DNA from: Bacteroidales bacterium
GTDB lineage: Bacteria; Bacteroidota; Bacteroidia; Bacteroidales; UBA3663
Reading direction: 5' to 3'
Length of the DNA stretch: 64,000 bases
NCBI GenBank assembly: GCA_045639585.1
Contig: JAZUDJ010000140.1
Location: 10,522 to 74,521, forward strand
Shown here piece after piece: positions 30,975-41,644 of the stretch. The notes below the pieces were generated by a model. It worked only from the letters and a program-made list of their open reading frames with translations, was not told the origin of the DNA and searched no databases. Every line of letters starts with the position of its first letter. Position 1 is the first letter of the stretch. The translations under genes were made by a program, and so were the position numbers.

Positions 30975-32003
30975 TTGAAGGGTCTTGTAGTTCGCAATAC
31001 AGGATTTTGGTATATGGTTCTTCCCGAGGGCAAAAACCTTCGGGAAGAATCTTTACGTTTTGCACAAGCCGGTTTTGATGACGGACATCCAGTAGCAGAC
31101 GGACTTGTACCGTGCAAAGTGAAAGGCAATTTCCGACTCAAAGGTATCCGAACCACCAACCCTGTTGCTGTTGGCGATCATGTTGAATATGAACTCAACA
31201 AGGAAGGATTTGCTTTCATCAACAAAATCCAGGAACGCCGTAACTACATTATACGCAAAGCCTCAAACCTTAGCAAGCAGGCGCATATCCTAGCCTGCAA
31301 CCTTGATCAAGTTGTTTTGATTGTGACAGTAGCACATCCTCAGACTGCCACAACTTTCATTGACCGCTTCTTAGCGACAGCCGAAGCATACCGTGTCCCT
31401 GCCGTCATAGTCATTAACAAGATGGATATCTATGACGAAGACGAATCTCGTTATGCCAACAACTTGGCGTTGCTCTATCGCCATATTGGATATCCCGTCT
31501 ACCAACTCTCCGTTGAAACGGGTGAAGGCGTAGCAGAATTCCGCCAGCATCTCTATGGCAAGACGACCCTATTAGCTGGCAATAGTGGCGTAGGCAAGTC
31601 TTCTCTGATCAATCGTCTCGTGCCACAGGCTTCTGCTAAAACTGCAGAGATCAGTGATTCACACGACCAAGGCATGCATACAACTACCTTCTCAGAAATG
31701 TATGAATTGGCAGTCGACAACGAATCAGGAAATGAGACGAACGGACAAGGTGCATCTTATCTGATCGACACACCGGGTATTCGAGGCTTTGGTACCATAG
31801 AATTTGAGAAGGAAACCGTCGGACACTATTTCAAAGACATCTTTGCCATCTCTGCAGACTGCCGTTTTGGCAATTGTACCCATACGCACGAACCAGGTTG
31901 CGCAGTTTTGCAAGCCTTATCAGAACATCGCATCAGTCAATCTCGCTATGACAGCTATCTCAGCATTCTTGACGATGAGACAGAAGGCAAGTATCGCGAA
32001 TAA
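30975..32003 (+). CDS. rsgA: Ribosome small subunit-dependent GTPase A
   Basis: TTG start; [34 protein letters not shown]. Confidence 0.94.
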   Translation: MKGLVVRNTGFWYMVLPEGKNLREESLRFAQAGFDDGHPVADGLVPCKVKGNFRLKGIRTTNPVAVGDHVEYELNKEGFAFINKIQERRNYIIRKASNLSKQAHILACNLDQVVLIVTVAHPQTATTFIDRFLATAEAYRVPAVIVINKMDIYDEDESRYANNLALLYRHIGYPVYQLSVETGEGVAEFRQHLYGKTTLLAGNSGVGKSSLINRLVPQASAKTAEISDSHDQGMHTTTFSEMYELAVDNESGNETNGQGASYLIDTPGIRGFGTIEFEKETVGHYFKDIFAISADCRFGNCTHTHEPGCAVLQALSEHRISQSRYDSYLSILDDETEGKYRE

Positions 32004-34164
32004 GATACTGCTGCTTCTGCTCCTGATGCTGACCATCCCTTCGGTGGCCAGTTCTAAAGACTTGGACTCACTTGTTTTTCAAATCAGCCAGCACACCAGT
32101 GACTTCCTTAAGGTCCCTGGCTCTTTCAACATCGAAGCCTACGTTTCCGGTCATTCCCACTGCGAAGAACAAGGAATCGCAGGCAAGCTTTTTCCTCATC
32201 TATTACCATTTCAGGGGAAGTACGACAAAGACATCGCTTTCGAAGCAATTGTTCAGGCCAGTTATCATTGGCCTGGAGGTATCAAGTTCAGCTGCAAGAC
32301 GATCAACTCAAACAACAACCGACGCAGCCGTGCTATGCTCAAAGATTATTATCAGACTTTCTTACCAGGATTTGAAATCCGCGATGAGAGCGATGACACC
32401 TCTGGAGAGTTCCATGTGCTGCCATTCTCCAACGAGGGCAGATCTTCCTATCATTACGAGAATATCGAATTGACAGATAGCCTGCGTCAGGTCATCTCAG
32501 AGCAGCAAGGTATTCCTATTGAACCGACTTATTGCCTCATTGCTTTTGAACCGATCAGGAAGCATCACACCATGCTTTCAGGCTGCCTGATGGTCGATAG
32601 TACACGATTTGAGGTCATAGGATTCCAAGCCAAGGGCAGTATTACCTTCGCCAAATTCGAGACACAGGTATTGTTCCGACCAGATAGCATTGCAAAACAG
32701 ATTCTTCCATATACCAATCGCACCAAGATTCATTACAACTATGGTGGCACAGAGGGTACCAATACGTTCACGACACTCTATCGCTTCAAAAGTATTGAAT
32801 CCATTGATAGCATAAAGAGTGTAAAACCTCAGCGTCTCAACCTTACTAGCACTTATGAGACCATTGAGATGAATGAAGCGGACTTTGACACAATACGTCC
32901 AATCCTTCTGTCGCCGCTTGTCGATTCTATTCTCTATACGCCAGAGGAAGTCACAGAGCCCCAACTGGAACATCATAAGAAACCTGCGGTCTTCACCTTC
33001 TCTGAGCATATGGTAGAAGGTGGACGATTTGGAGATGACAATAACCGTCTCAAACTCTATGGACCTCTTGACCCTGCCACTTTTGCCTACGACGGACTCA
33101 ATGGCTTTTCGCTCAACGAGCGTCTACGCTGGAATGTGGTTTTCCGCGACAAATCCACGCTCAATCTCTCTGCGCAGATAGGCTATGCTTTCAAGCTCAA
33201 GGAATTACGTTACCGCACGTCTATTGACTGGACTTATCTTCCAAAGATCAGGCAAGGCTTGTATGTCTCTTTTGAGCGAAGCAACTCCGGCTTCTCTTCC
33301 AAATATATTGAAACCATCAATGAGGCACTCAAGCAGAAGAAAGACACCATTGATTTCTATGGACTGGGGATTGATTATTTCCAACGCTATGAGCTGAACA
33401 TAGAGCATCACAACGAGATTTTTACAGGTCTGAACCTCTATGCTGGCATCCAATATAACTATCGGAAGCCGATCAAGCACGGAAAAATGGCCAGTTCTGC
33501 AGAACATCGTGAAGAACTGGCGGGCCAGCATTATTCTGACTTTGCACCAATTATCCGCCTGGAGTGGACTCCTCGTCAGCATTTTTATTATGACGGACGT
33601 CGTAAAATCTACATTGATGGATACACTCCAACTTTTATCTTAGAGGCAACCAAGGCCATTAAGGGAGTGTGGGGATCTGTCAGTGACTATGGCCGTGTCG
33701 AATTCGACATGACTCAGAATATTCGTGTAGCGCCTAAAAGAATCATCTCCTATCGTTTAGGTACCGGAAAATTTATGAATCAGAAAGGAGAATACTTCAT
33801 CAACTATCATTATTTCTCACGACGTTATTACCCTGCCAACTGGCAGGACAATCGTGTAGGAGGTATCTTCCAGCTATTGGACGAGACCTGGTTCAGTTCT
33901 TCTCCAAGCTATCTTAGAGGTCATGTCATGTATGAAACTCCTTATGGTATCATCCACCGCACCATGCGGTCACTCAGCAAGTATGTGATCAAGGAACGAG
34001 CCTACTTAAATATCTTAGGTGCTGAAGGCAAGAGTTCGTATACCGAATTAGGATACGCTTTTGCAAATAACTACGTAAATATTGGATTCTTTGTCGGATT
34101 CAAGGGTTCAGACTTCTATAAGTTTGGTGCAAAATTCCGCTTTGAGCTCGAGAGGCATCTGTAA
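31975..34164 (+). CDS. Outer-membrane protein, DUF5686-like
   Basis: Signal peptide follows ATG 31975; beta-barrel-like C-terminal half, YTELGY motif. Confidence 0.7.
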   Translation: MRQKASIANKILLLLLLMLTIPSVASSKDLDSLVFQISQHTSDFLKVPGSFNIEAYVSGHSHCEEQGIAGKLFPHLLPFQGKYDKDIAFEAIVQASYHWPGGIKFSCKTINSNNNRRSRAMLKDYYQTFLPGFEIRDESDDTSGEFHVLPFSNEGRSSYHYENIELTDSLRQVISEQQGIPIEPTYCLIAFEPIRKHHTMLSGCLMVDSTRFEVIGFQAKGSITFAKFETQVLFRPDSIAKQILPYTNRTKIHYNYGGTEGTNTFTTLYRFKSIESIDSIKSVKPQRLNLTSTYETIEMNEADFDTIRPILLSPLVDSILYTPEEVTEPQLEHHKKPAVFTFSEHMVEGGRFGDDNNRLKLYGPLDPATFAYDGLNGFSLNERLRWNVVFRDKSTLNLSAQIGYAFKLKELRYRTSIDWTYLPKIRQGLYVSFERSNSGFSSKYIETINEALKQKKDTIDFYGLGIDYFQRYELNIEHHNEIFTGLNLYAGIQYNYRKPIKHGKMASSAEHREELAGQHYSDFAPIIRLEWTPRQHFYYDGRRKIYIDGYTPTFILEATKAIKGVWGSVSDYGRVEFDMTQNIRVAPKRIISYRLGTGKFMNQKGEYFINYHYFSRRYYPANWQDNRVGGIFQLLDETWFSSSPSYLRGHVMYETPYGIIHRTMRSLSKYVIKERAYLNILGAEGKSSYTELGYAFANNYVNIGFFVGFKGSDFYKFGAKFRFELERHL

Positions 34165-34182
34165 GTTACCCTTCTATATAGT

Positions 34183-34253
34183 CAAAAAGAAAAGAAGGGC
34201 ATCTCCCGACGACCTTCTTCCGTTAACCTTAAATCTAATACCATGAAAAACAC
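34183..34253 (-). ncRNA. Candidate ~70-nt small RNA
   Basis: TTTG-N20-TATCTTTG promoter (34258-34289, - strand), then gtgtttttcatggtattagatttaaggtt, then a hairpin and U tract. Confidence 0.65.
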
Positions 34254-34406
34254 GGTGCAAAGATAAAGGTTTTCAAATTATTCTACAAATATTTTATGCT
34301 AAAAATATCTTGATAAAACATTTTTTAACAATATCGTTTGTTTTTCAATTACAAATCAATATTTTTTTAATTAATTACTAATAATTTTAACTATCTATTA
34401 ACAAAA

Positions 34407-35138
34407 TTACAGCAAACAAATAGCAGAAACGATACGACCCGTTTCAATTCCCTGCTGACGTGCAGAGTATAAAACAGAGTCATTCTGGAAAGTACAGAGA
34501 GGAGTACAGTCAATATGGTCGAGTTCCACCCCAGCCTCCAATAAATCCATAGCATTGCTCTGCCACAAATCTACATGAGGCTTTGCGAAAGAAACAAGTC
34601 GACCCTGTGCACTCAAAGTCTGTCGCAGGACACACTCAGCACGTCCCGCTTCGACAAAAGCCTCTGCGACCTCCTCTCCTACTTCAAAAGACTCGGGGCT
34701 GATGCTTGGACCGATCATCGCCAACAGATTCTCAGGGCGTACGCCCAGCATTTCTTGCATTCGTTCCACCGTTTTTCGCACAATATGCTTTACTGTTCCT
34801 CGCCAGCCAGCATGAACGGCGGCGATAGTGCGGGTCTCTGTATCATATAGCAGCACTGGCACACAGTCGGCGGTCCTTACACCAATCCAGCGTCCTTTCA
34901 CTTGCGTGATGACAGCGTCTGCATCCACATTCTGCAGCGCAGACGACTCATCAAATGGAGTATTCTCCTCCACTACTACTATCTCCGTACCATGCACCTG
35001 ACGAGGTATCCACACTCCAGCTCCCGCGTCCTCAAATCCGCGCATAGAGCAATAATGGTCAATCCCAGTCACTCCAAGGAGCAGCTGGGATTGCAATATA
35101 GGCTTTTGTTCAGAATCCTGAAATTTAGACTGAATCAT
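34407..35138 (-). CDS. pgeF: Peptidoglycan editing factor PgeF (YfiH/laccase domain)
   Basis: QVHG, DAVIT, TADCVPVL, HAGWRG, GPSI, CT..YSAR. Confidence 0.9.
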   Translation of the reverse strand: MIQSKFQDSEQKPILQSQLLLGVTGIDHYCSMRGFEDAGAGVWIPRQVHGTEIVVVEENTPFDESSALQNVDADAVITQVKGRWIGVRTADCVPVLLYDTETRTIAAVHAGWRGTVKHIVRKTVERMQEMLGVRPENLLAMIGPSISPESFEVGEEVAEAFVEAGRAECVLRQTLSAQGRLVSFAKPHVDLWQSNAMDLLEAGVELDHIDCTPLCTFQNDSVLYSARQQGIETGRIVSAICLL

Positions 35139-35149
35139 ATAAAAAAAGA

Positions 35150-35230
35150 GAATTGATAATTGAGAACTGAGACTCGATTCTTAGCGCAATCAGCAATTAT
35201 CAATTATTAATTATAAATTTTCAATTAATT
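35150..35230. repeat. AT-rich AATTGAT/TCAATTA heptamer inverted repeats in the obgE-pgeF spacer
   Basis: gaattgataattgagaactgag ... caattatcaattattaattataaattttcaatt. Confidence 0.5.
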
Positions 35231-36379
35231 TCACTCATCATCCCAATCCTCCTCGATCAAGTCCTGACTGGCCACACCTTCAATTATGTAGTCATCATGA
35301 CCGTATGGATCAGCCTCCTCATAGTCATCCTCACTAGACTTTGTGAGGTCGAGGTTACGATGAGTGAAAGTCTGGATGCGATTTGACTCATCATTGAGCA
35401 TCGTCCAGAGCATATCTTTCAGTTCCTCAAGGCCTTGACCAGCCACCGCACTGATAAAGACGGTTGGAACGCCATCTGGCAATTCCCGACGCATCTGATC
35501 GATGAGTTCATCATCCAACATATCGCACTTGGTGATAGCCAGCAGACGCTGCTTGTCCATCATCTCTGGATTGTAGGTACGCAACTCATTGAGCAGGATC
35601 TCATAATCCTTCTTGATATCATTCGTATCAGCAGGAATCATGAAGAGCAACGTAGAGTTACGCTCGATGTGACGCAAGAAGCGCAATCCGAGACCCTTAC
35701 CCTCGCTGGCACCCTCGATGATACCCGGGATGTCGGCCATGACGAACGAACGGTTATCGCGATAAGGAACCAGGCCCAAGTTCGGCTCCATGGTTGTAAA
35801 TGGATAGTCGGCAATCTTAGGCTTAGCTGCACTGATACTACTCAGCAACGTACTCTTACCCGCATTTGGGAATCCTACCAGACCCACATCGGCCAGCAGC
35901 TTAAGTTCCAGGATCACAGCACGCTCGATGCAAGGCTCACCAGGCTGAGCGTAACGTGGAGCCTGATTGGTAGCCGTGCGGAAGTGCCAGTTACCCAAAC
36001 CACCACGGCCGCCCTTCAGCAGGACAACCTTCTGGTCATGATCGGTCACCTCGCAGATATACTCTCCAGTATCAGCATCATATACGACGGTACCCATTGG
36101 CACCTCGATGATAGCATCCTTGCCGTCCTTGCCGAAAGACTTGTTTTCTGCACCAGCCTGGCCATCAGTAGCAAAGATATGACGCTGATAACGAAGGTGG
36201 AGCAAAGTCCAGTAGTTACGGTTGCCATGCAAGATGACGCTGCCACCCTTACCTCCATCACCACCATCAGGACCTCCCTTAGGGATGTACTTAGCGCGAT
36301 GTAAGTGCGAGCAACCCTTACCACCCTTACCAGAGCGGCAATAGATCTTTACATAATCGACGAAATTACTTTCTGCCAT
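35231..36379 (-). CDS. obgE: GTPase ObgE/CgtA
   Basis: [29 protein letters not shown]. Confidence 0.96.
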   Translation of the reverse strand: MAESNFVDYVKIYCRSGKGGKGCSHLHRAKYIPKGGPDGGDGGKGGSVILHGNRNYWTLLHLRYQRHIFATDGQAGAENKSFGKDGKDAIIEVPMGTVVYDADTGEYICEVTDHDQKVVLLKGGRGGLGNWHFRTATNQAPRYAQPGEPCIERAVILELKLLADVGLVGFPNAGKSTLLSSISAAKPKIADYPFTTMEPNLGLVPYRDNRSFVMADIPGIIEGASEGKGLGLRFLRHIERNSTLLFMIPADTNDIKKDYEILLNELRTYNPEMMDKQRLLAITKCDMLDDELIDQMRRELPDGVPTVFISAVAGQGLEELKDMLWTMLNDESNRIQTFTHRNLDLTKSSEDDYEEADPYGHDDYIIEGVASQDLIEEDWDDE

Positions 36380-36397
36380 ATTATATAATAGGTAGAA

Positions 36398-37027
36398 TTA
36401 TTCAAACAAAGACTCAAAGAACCAGGTGAGGCCAATGCTCAGATTGCGGTTCTGGAGCAAATCATCTGAAATATTGATGAATCCGTAATCATAAGCGATA
36501 TGAAGCTGATAGTTCTTAGCAAACATTACGCTTGCCTGCACACCCCAGCCAAGATCAAAACGATTACCGAAAACATTTGAAGAAACATCTCCAAGAGGTG
36601 TTGGCACACGGTTACGGCCAGACAAACCCAAAGCAACGTATGGACCTGTCTCTGCCATCAAAGTAACATCTTCGTTGATAAACCAGGCATATCCATAATG
36701 AACAGGGACCTCAAGATAATGAAGGGTAAGATAGTCTTTGACTGCACCAGCTTCAGCATAAGCACCCTTCATCGAATACTTAGCCTCTACTCGGGCAAAA
36801 GTATTAGGAAGGAGTTCTGAAGCATCAAGGATCAAGTTGGCGCCAACCTGCAAACCGGCACTTACCTTATAATCTCCAGACTGACCAGATACCCAAGGCA
36901 TGTTGAGGCCTACTGTAGCACCGAATTTATATGGAGGCATACCTTCAATTCCCGAAAACTGAGCTTTAGCGTTAAAGGCAAAGGTTGTTACGACAAGAGC
37001 CGCAATAATAGCAAAAAACTTTTTCAT
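36398..37027 (-). CDS. Outer membrane beta-barrel (porin family) protein
   Basis: Signal peptide, YSMKG, YLEVPVH, GPYVALG, YDYGF. Confidence 0.8.
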   Translation of the reverse strand: MKKFFAIIAALVVTTFAFNAKAQFSGIEGMPPYKFGATVGLNMPWVSGQSGDYKVSAGLQVGANLILDASELLPNTFARVEAKYSMKGAYAEAGAVKDYLTLHYLEVPVHYGYAWFINEDVTLMAETGPYVALGLSGRNRVPTPLGDVSSNVFGNRFDLGWGVQASVMFAKNYQLHIAYDYGFINISDDLLQNRNLSIGLTWFFESLFE

Positions 37028-37339
37028 AACGATACTAATATTAAATATAAATTGTTATCAATATGCTAAAAACTGCTGCAAATGTAGTCATCTTTTGTCA
37101 AAAAAACAAATAATCTGTCAGAATAATCATCACAAGTGCTTTTTTTACCAACGAAAATATGTTACGCAACATGTTTTCGCATTTTTTTATGATTTAAATT
37201 TGTGCAAAGAGAAAAAATCAGTTATCTTTGCGCAGAAATGTCGTGTTCTCATATTTATGAGTGAGTACGCATATCTTTCTTTCGTTAACCCCCTATCCAC
37301 TGAAAACAATAACATATTATAATAAATTTATTACATATC

Positions 37340-39070
37340 ATGGACGAACAGCTTATCAAAGACTGCACCGCCAAGGCTCAGACCTGGTTGGGTGCTGGTT
37401 TCGACGAAGAAACCAAAGCAGAAGTAAAGGCAATGCTCGAGAACGAGGACAAGACCGCGCTCATCGATGCTTTCTATCAGAACCTCGAGTTCGGTACTGG
37501 TGGTCTCCGCGGCATCATGGGTGCAGGTACCAACCGTATGAATAAGTATGTAGTAGGTATGGCAACTCAGGGCTTTGCTAACTATATCAACAAGGCCTTC
37601 CCTAACATGCAGCCAGCCGTAGTCGTAGGTCACGACTGCCGCAACAACGGTCGTATGTTTGCTGAGACCGTAGCTAACATCTTCTCTGCTAACGGCATCA
37701 AGGTTTATCTCTTCGAGAGCCTCCGCCCTACTCCAGAGATCTCTTTCGCCATCCGTCAGCTCAAGGCTCAGGCAGGTGTCAACGTTACCGCATCGCACAA
37801 CCCTAAGGAGTACAATGGTTACAAGGCTTACTGGGATGATGGCGCACAGGTACTTAGCCCACACGATACCGGCATCATCGAGGAGGTAAATAAGGTTACT
37901 ATCGACGACGTTAAGTTCGAGCCAAACAAGGAGCTCATCGAGATCATCGGTGGCGAGATGGACTGGGATTACCTTCAGGCAGTTAAGGAGGCAATGGTTG
38001 ACCAGGACGTTATCCTCCGTCACAAGGACCTCAACATCGTCTATACTCCACTCCACGGCACCGGTCGCGTTATCATTCCTGAGGCACTCCGCTCATGGGG
38101 CTTCCAGAATATCCACGTCGTACCTGAGCAGATGGTTATCGACGGCAACTTCCCAACCGTAGTTTCTCCAAACCCAGAGAACTCTGAGGCAATGACCATG
38201 GGTATGAACCTCGGCGACAAGGTAGGTGCAGACCTCGTAATTGCTTCAGACCCAGATGCTGACCGTTTGGCTATCGTTTGCCGCGATGCTTCGGGTAAGT
38301 GGATGATTCTCAACGGCAACCAGACCGCTATGATGTTCTACTGGTACATCATCACCAACAAGAAGAAGCTCGGCCAGCTCAAGGGCAACGAGTTCATGGT
38401 CAAGACCATCGTTACTTCTGAGCTCATCGCTAAGATCGCTAAGAAGAACGACGTTGAGATCTTCGACGAGTTCACTGGCTTCAAGTGGATTGCTTATCGT
38501 ATCCGCATCAACGAAGGCGTTAAGAAGTACATCGGTGGTGGCGAGGAGTCATTCGGCTTCCTTCCATTCGATAAGGTTCGTGATAAGGATTCTCCAGCTT
38601 CTATCTGTCTCATCTGCGAGATCGCAGCTTGGGCTAAGGATAACGGCATGACTCTCTTCGGTCTCCTCCTCAGCATCTATAAGGACTACGGCTTCCAGAA
38701 GGAGAAGGCTGTCAGCGTAACCAAGCCAGGCAAGTCTGGTGCTGACGAGATCAAGGCAATGATGGAGAACTTCCGCGCTAATCCACCTAAGGAGCTCGCT
38801 GGCGAGAAGGTAATCCTTGCTAAGGACTTCAAGACTCTCAAGCAGACCGACGCTCAGGGCAACGTCAGCGACGTTGACATGCCAGCTACCTCTAACGTAC
38901 TCCAGTACTTCACCGAGGGTGGCATCAAGGTTTCTGTACGTCCTTCAGGCACCGAGCCAAAGATCAAGTTCTACTGCGAGGTTCCTGCAGAGTTCGATGG
39001 CGACTACGAGAAGGCCAGCGCTGCCGCAGAGGCTAAGCTCAAGGTGATCTGCCAGAGCCTCGGCATCTGA
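37340..39070 (+). CDS. pgm: Phosphoglucomutase/phosphomannomutase
   Basis: FGTGGLRG, TASHNP, DPDADR, GEES, RPSGTEPK. Confidence 0.94.
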   Translation: MDEQLIKDCTAKAQTWLGAGFDEETKAEVKAMLENEDKTALIDAFYQNLEFGTGGLRGIMGAGTNRMNKYVVGMATQGFANYINKAFPNMQPAVVVGHDCRNNGRMFAETVANIFSANGIKVYLFESLRPTPEISFAIRQLKAQAGVNVTASHNPKEYNGYKAYWDDGAQVLSPHDTGIIEEVNKVTIDDVKFEPNKELIEIIGGEMDWDYLQAVKEAMVDQDVILRHKDLNIVYTPLHGTGRVIIPEALRSWGFQNIHVVPEQMVIDGNFPTVVSPNPENSEAMTMGMNLGDKVGADLVIASDPDADRLAIVCRDASGKWMILNGNQTAMMFYWYIITNKKKLGQLKGNEFMVKTIVTSELIAKIAKKNDVEIFDEFTGFKWIAYRIRINEGVKKYIGGGEESFGFLPFDKVRDKDSPASICLICEIAAWAKDNGMTLFGLLLSIYKDYGFQKEKAVSVTKPGKSGADEIKAMMENFRANPPKELAGEKVILAKDFKTLKQTDAQGNVSDVDMPATSNVLQYFTEGGIKVSVRPSGTEPKIKFYCEVPAEFDGDYEKASAAAEAKLKVICQSLGI

Positions 39071-39127
39071 TCCGACTCTTTCAAAACTTAGTCAGAAAAT
39101 CATTTATAACTAAGCGACACATACAAT

Positions 39128-39190
39128 TTGCACATCCCATTATGCTGAGTACTGAGATTTTTGCATGATGGGATGTGCAATTTCTGTTTT
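39128..39190 (+). terminator. Intrinsic terminator after pgm
   Basis: ttgcacatcccattatgc...gcatgatgggatgtgcaa followed by a T-rich tail. Confidence 0.75.
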
Positions 39191-39430
39191 GTCATATCCT
39201 GGGACGCGAATAGTACAAAATGGTTTCCGGATGTACTATCTAGGGTCGCGAATAGTACAAAACGATCTCCGGATGTACTATCTAGGGTCGCGGATAGTAC
39301 AAAACAATCTCCGGATGTACTATCTAGGGTCGCGAATAGTACAAAACAATCTCCGGATGTACTATTTAGGGTCGCGGATAGTACAAAACAATCTCCGGAT
39401 GTACTATCCAGGGTCGCGGATAGTACAAAC
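39191..39430. repeat. 42-bp tandem repeat array (~5.7 copies) with internal palindrome
   Basis: Unit gtactatctagggtcgcg(a/g)atagtacaaaacaatctccggat starting at 39191 (degenerate), 39233, 39275, 39317, 39359, 39401 (partial). Confidence 0.95.
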
Positions 39431-39499
39431 AGGAATCAAAACAAGCTTTTCGGCCAGTATTAACACATTATATATAATATAGACAACATTTTAATCAGC

Positions 39500-39991
39500 A
39501 TGAACATGCCTTTTCAGATCAAAACCTACACATTTGAGGATACTTATCTCCCTATCCGAGCATTCTTGAACATCGAAGAAGGAAACAACACCTTGTCAAG
39601 AAAGCCAGAAGACGAGATCGCCTACCCTGCCACCGACGGCAACATCCTCGATGCCGTGATCCGCATCCTTTTGACTCATCACAAGGCCAAAACCCCACTC
39701 GCAGTGGCCCACGCTCTCAACGTCGATCGTCGAGACCTCAGCGGCGCCATCCGTCTTCTCACTGGCATGAGTCACGAGGACTTCCTCCACCAGTATCGCC
39801 TCCGCGCCATGGTCGAGCTCCTCACCTCCACCAAGCTCACCACCACCTTCATCGCCAAATTCTTCGGCTACGCTAACCTCCGATCCCTGAATCAGTTCCT
39901 GGTTGACCAGACAGGCCTCACGGCCAATGAGATCCGCGCCGGCGTGGATGCTTCAGCGAAGGTCAAGAGGCTGGCGTGGTGGGAAAGATAA
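39500..39991 (+). CDS. Small AraC-type HTH protein
   Basis: VAHALNV..LSGAIRLLTGMS..YRL..LL..IAKFFGY..TGLTANEIR double-HTH pattern. Confidence 0.75.
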   Translation: MNMPFQIKTYTFEDTYLPIRAFLNIEEGNNTLSRKPEDEIAYPATDGNILDAVIRILLTHHKAKTPLAVAHALNVDRRDLSGAIRLLTGMSHEDFLHQYRLRAMVELLTSTKLTTTFIAKFFGYANLRSLNQFLVDQTGLTANEIRAGVDASAKVKRLAWWER

Positions 39992-40015
39992 AAGGGATCT
40001 TCTTCTCCTACAACA

Positions 40016-40043
40016 AGGGCGATTCTCAAATGAGAATCGCCCT
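40016..40043. terminator. Hairpin terminator between convergent genes
   Basis: agggcgattctca-aa-tgagaatcgccct, perfect 13-bp stem. Confidence 0.8.
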
Positions 40044-40053
40044 AATTTTTTAT

Positions 40054-40170
40054 TTAGTCTCCATATATTCCATCATGAGGATCTGGATCGATTGGGACAC
40101 TTGTGGCAATGATATCGGCCGTATCAACGATGATTATTTCGGCAACCGGTTTAGCATATTTCTTTTTCAT
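40054..40170 (-). CDS. Small peptide (38 aa) MKKKYAKPVAEIIIVDTADIIATSVPIDPDPHDGIYGD, YxKP family
   Basis: Translated by hand. ATG 5 nt after the upstream stop, stop 10 nt before the terminator; paralog at 44991-45137. Confidence 0.75.
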   Translation of the reverse strand: MKKKYAKPVAEIIIVDTADIIATSVPIDPDPHDGIYGD

Positions 40171-40175
40171 ACTCA

Positions 40176-41633
40176 TCATTGATTAATCACCTTATTGCCG
40201 TTAATAATCATGATACCCTTGGTTGTGCGTGGAATACGCATGCCAGCAGGAGTAAAGATCTGAGCCTCATCCTCTGAGGATTCAATCAGATTGATTCCTG
40301 TAGTGCCATTGTAGATTGTAATACTACGTGTCAAAGGAGAAGGACTACTTCCATAAGTAGGGACCTCATCCATATCCACATAAGCACGATTAGCATTGAT
40401 CTTACAACCTGTACCACATTTCACCAATTTGTTATCGTACAGCAAGTACTTTCCCTCAGGCACATCTTTCTCTGATGTGAAATTACCGATCAAGCCATTC
40501 TCTGATAAAGCTTCTGTACTTATATCAAGGCCTGAGTATGTCACAGTCAGATTCTCACTTTCCGCACAGAAAACATATGGCTTACCAGGCTCAAGCGTAG
40601 TCACTTCTTCGAGCACGAGTGAGATCGGATTACTTGTTATTATGTCGACACGTTTACCTGCTATAGAATAAATTGTTGCTCCAGAGGCTGTGCCACCCTT
40701 CGGCAAACAGAGAGTGCCATAATTACCTTCTGTGAGGCCAGAACGAGTATAAGTAATGAGTTCGTGGCACACATCACATGCGCCATCTGCGTCAGCATCG
40801 ACATGATCGTCATCAGAGCAGATGATTGTAAAGTTCGCATCCTTCACCTCTGCGCTGAGGACGTTGCCCTTGGCATCTGCAAGCATGGCATGGAGCGTAT
40901 GAGGACCATTGGTAAGGCCTTCCACACTGATCTCCGTTCCATCAATAGCCATCAGGTTGCGAGTCGTTTCGTCGTCAAACCAATAATAGAGCTGATGTGC
41001 TGCGAAATCAAGATTTACAAAGAACTGCGTCTTTACAGGACAAGGCAATCCGTTGTCATCAACAAGCTGGAAATGTACGGCATGGATTCCGTTAGACAAT
41101 GCCGAGCAATCAATGCTTCCACTTGTGTAAGCCGTCTTCACGGTTTGCTGGTCAAACCAGTAGTTGATGGCCGAATAGCTTGAAGAAGGCGTCAGATTCT
41201 CGTTCAACACCAAGAATGCCTGCGACCTTACGGGGCTCAGCAATCCGTCTGTTCCTTCTATCTGGAAGTGGGCGAAGTGCATGCCGGTAGGCAGGGCAGA
41301 GCAGTCGATCTCAGAACTACCTCTATTGAGTTCTTGCTTAGTAGCCTGCTGATCGAACCAATAGCTCATCTTTCTATAGTCCGAGACTTGCTGCACCTCC
41401 TCGTTCATCACTAGAAATGCCTTTGAGCGCACAGGCGAAAGATTCCCGTCCACTCCCGATATCTGGAAGTGAGCGAAATGCACACCTGTTGACAGGGCAG
41501 AGCAGTCAATCTCTGATCCCGAGAGCATCTGCTTCTCCAGTTGCTGATCGAACCAGTATCTTACAGAATTCTGCCCCCACGCCAGAGACGTAGTGATGAA
41601 AAGGGTTAGTAATAAAGAATAAGCTCTATGCAT
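40176..41633 (-). CDS. Secreted protein with four YWFD repeats and a T9SS-like C-terminal sorting domain
   Basis: Repeats YWFDQQ..IDCSALxxGxHxxHFQ; C-terminus TTGINLI..TPAGMRI..KGIMIINGNKVI. Confidence 0.8.
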   Translation of the reverse strand: MHRAYSLLLTLFITTSLAWGQNSVRYWFDQQLEKQMLSGSEIDCSALSTGVHFAHFQISGVDGNLSPVRSKAFLVMNEEVQQVSDYRKMSYWFDQQATKQELNRGSSEIDCSALPTGMHFAHFQIEGTDGLLSPVRSQAFLVLNENLTPSSSYSAINYWFDQQTVKTAYTSGSIDCSALSNGIHAVHFQLVDDNGLPCPVKTQFFVNLDFAAHQLYYWFDDETTRNLMAIDGTEISVEGLTNGPHTLHAMLADAKGNVLSAEVKDANFTIICSDDDHVDADADGACDVCHELITYTRSGLTEGNYGTLCLPKGGTASGATIYSIAGKRVDIITSNPISLVLEEVTTLEPGKPYVFCAESENLTVTYSGLDISTEALSENGLIGNFTSEKDVPEGKYLLYDNKLVKCGTGCKINANRAYVDMDEVPTYGSSPSPLTRSITIYNGTTGINLIESSEDEAQIFTPAGMRIPRTTKGIMIINGNKVINQ

Positions 41634-41644
41634 AATTGGTGCAA

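Noticed and set aside
31804-31974. TTG-started N-terminal extension of the DUF5686-like gene
   Set aside because: It overlaps rsgA extensively, and the signal peptide follows ATG 31975.
39191-39430. CRISPR array
   Set aside because: The segments between palindromes are near-identical 16-bp copies rather than unique spacers, and there are no cas genes in the window.
39161-39482. ORFs of 100 and 105 aa across the array
   Set aside because: They are open only because a stop-free 42-bp unit is a multiple of 3, and both start inside the pgm terminator.
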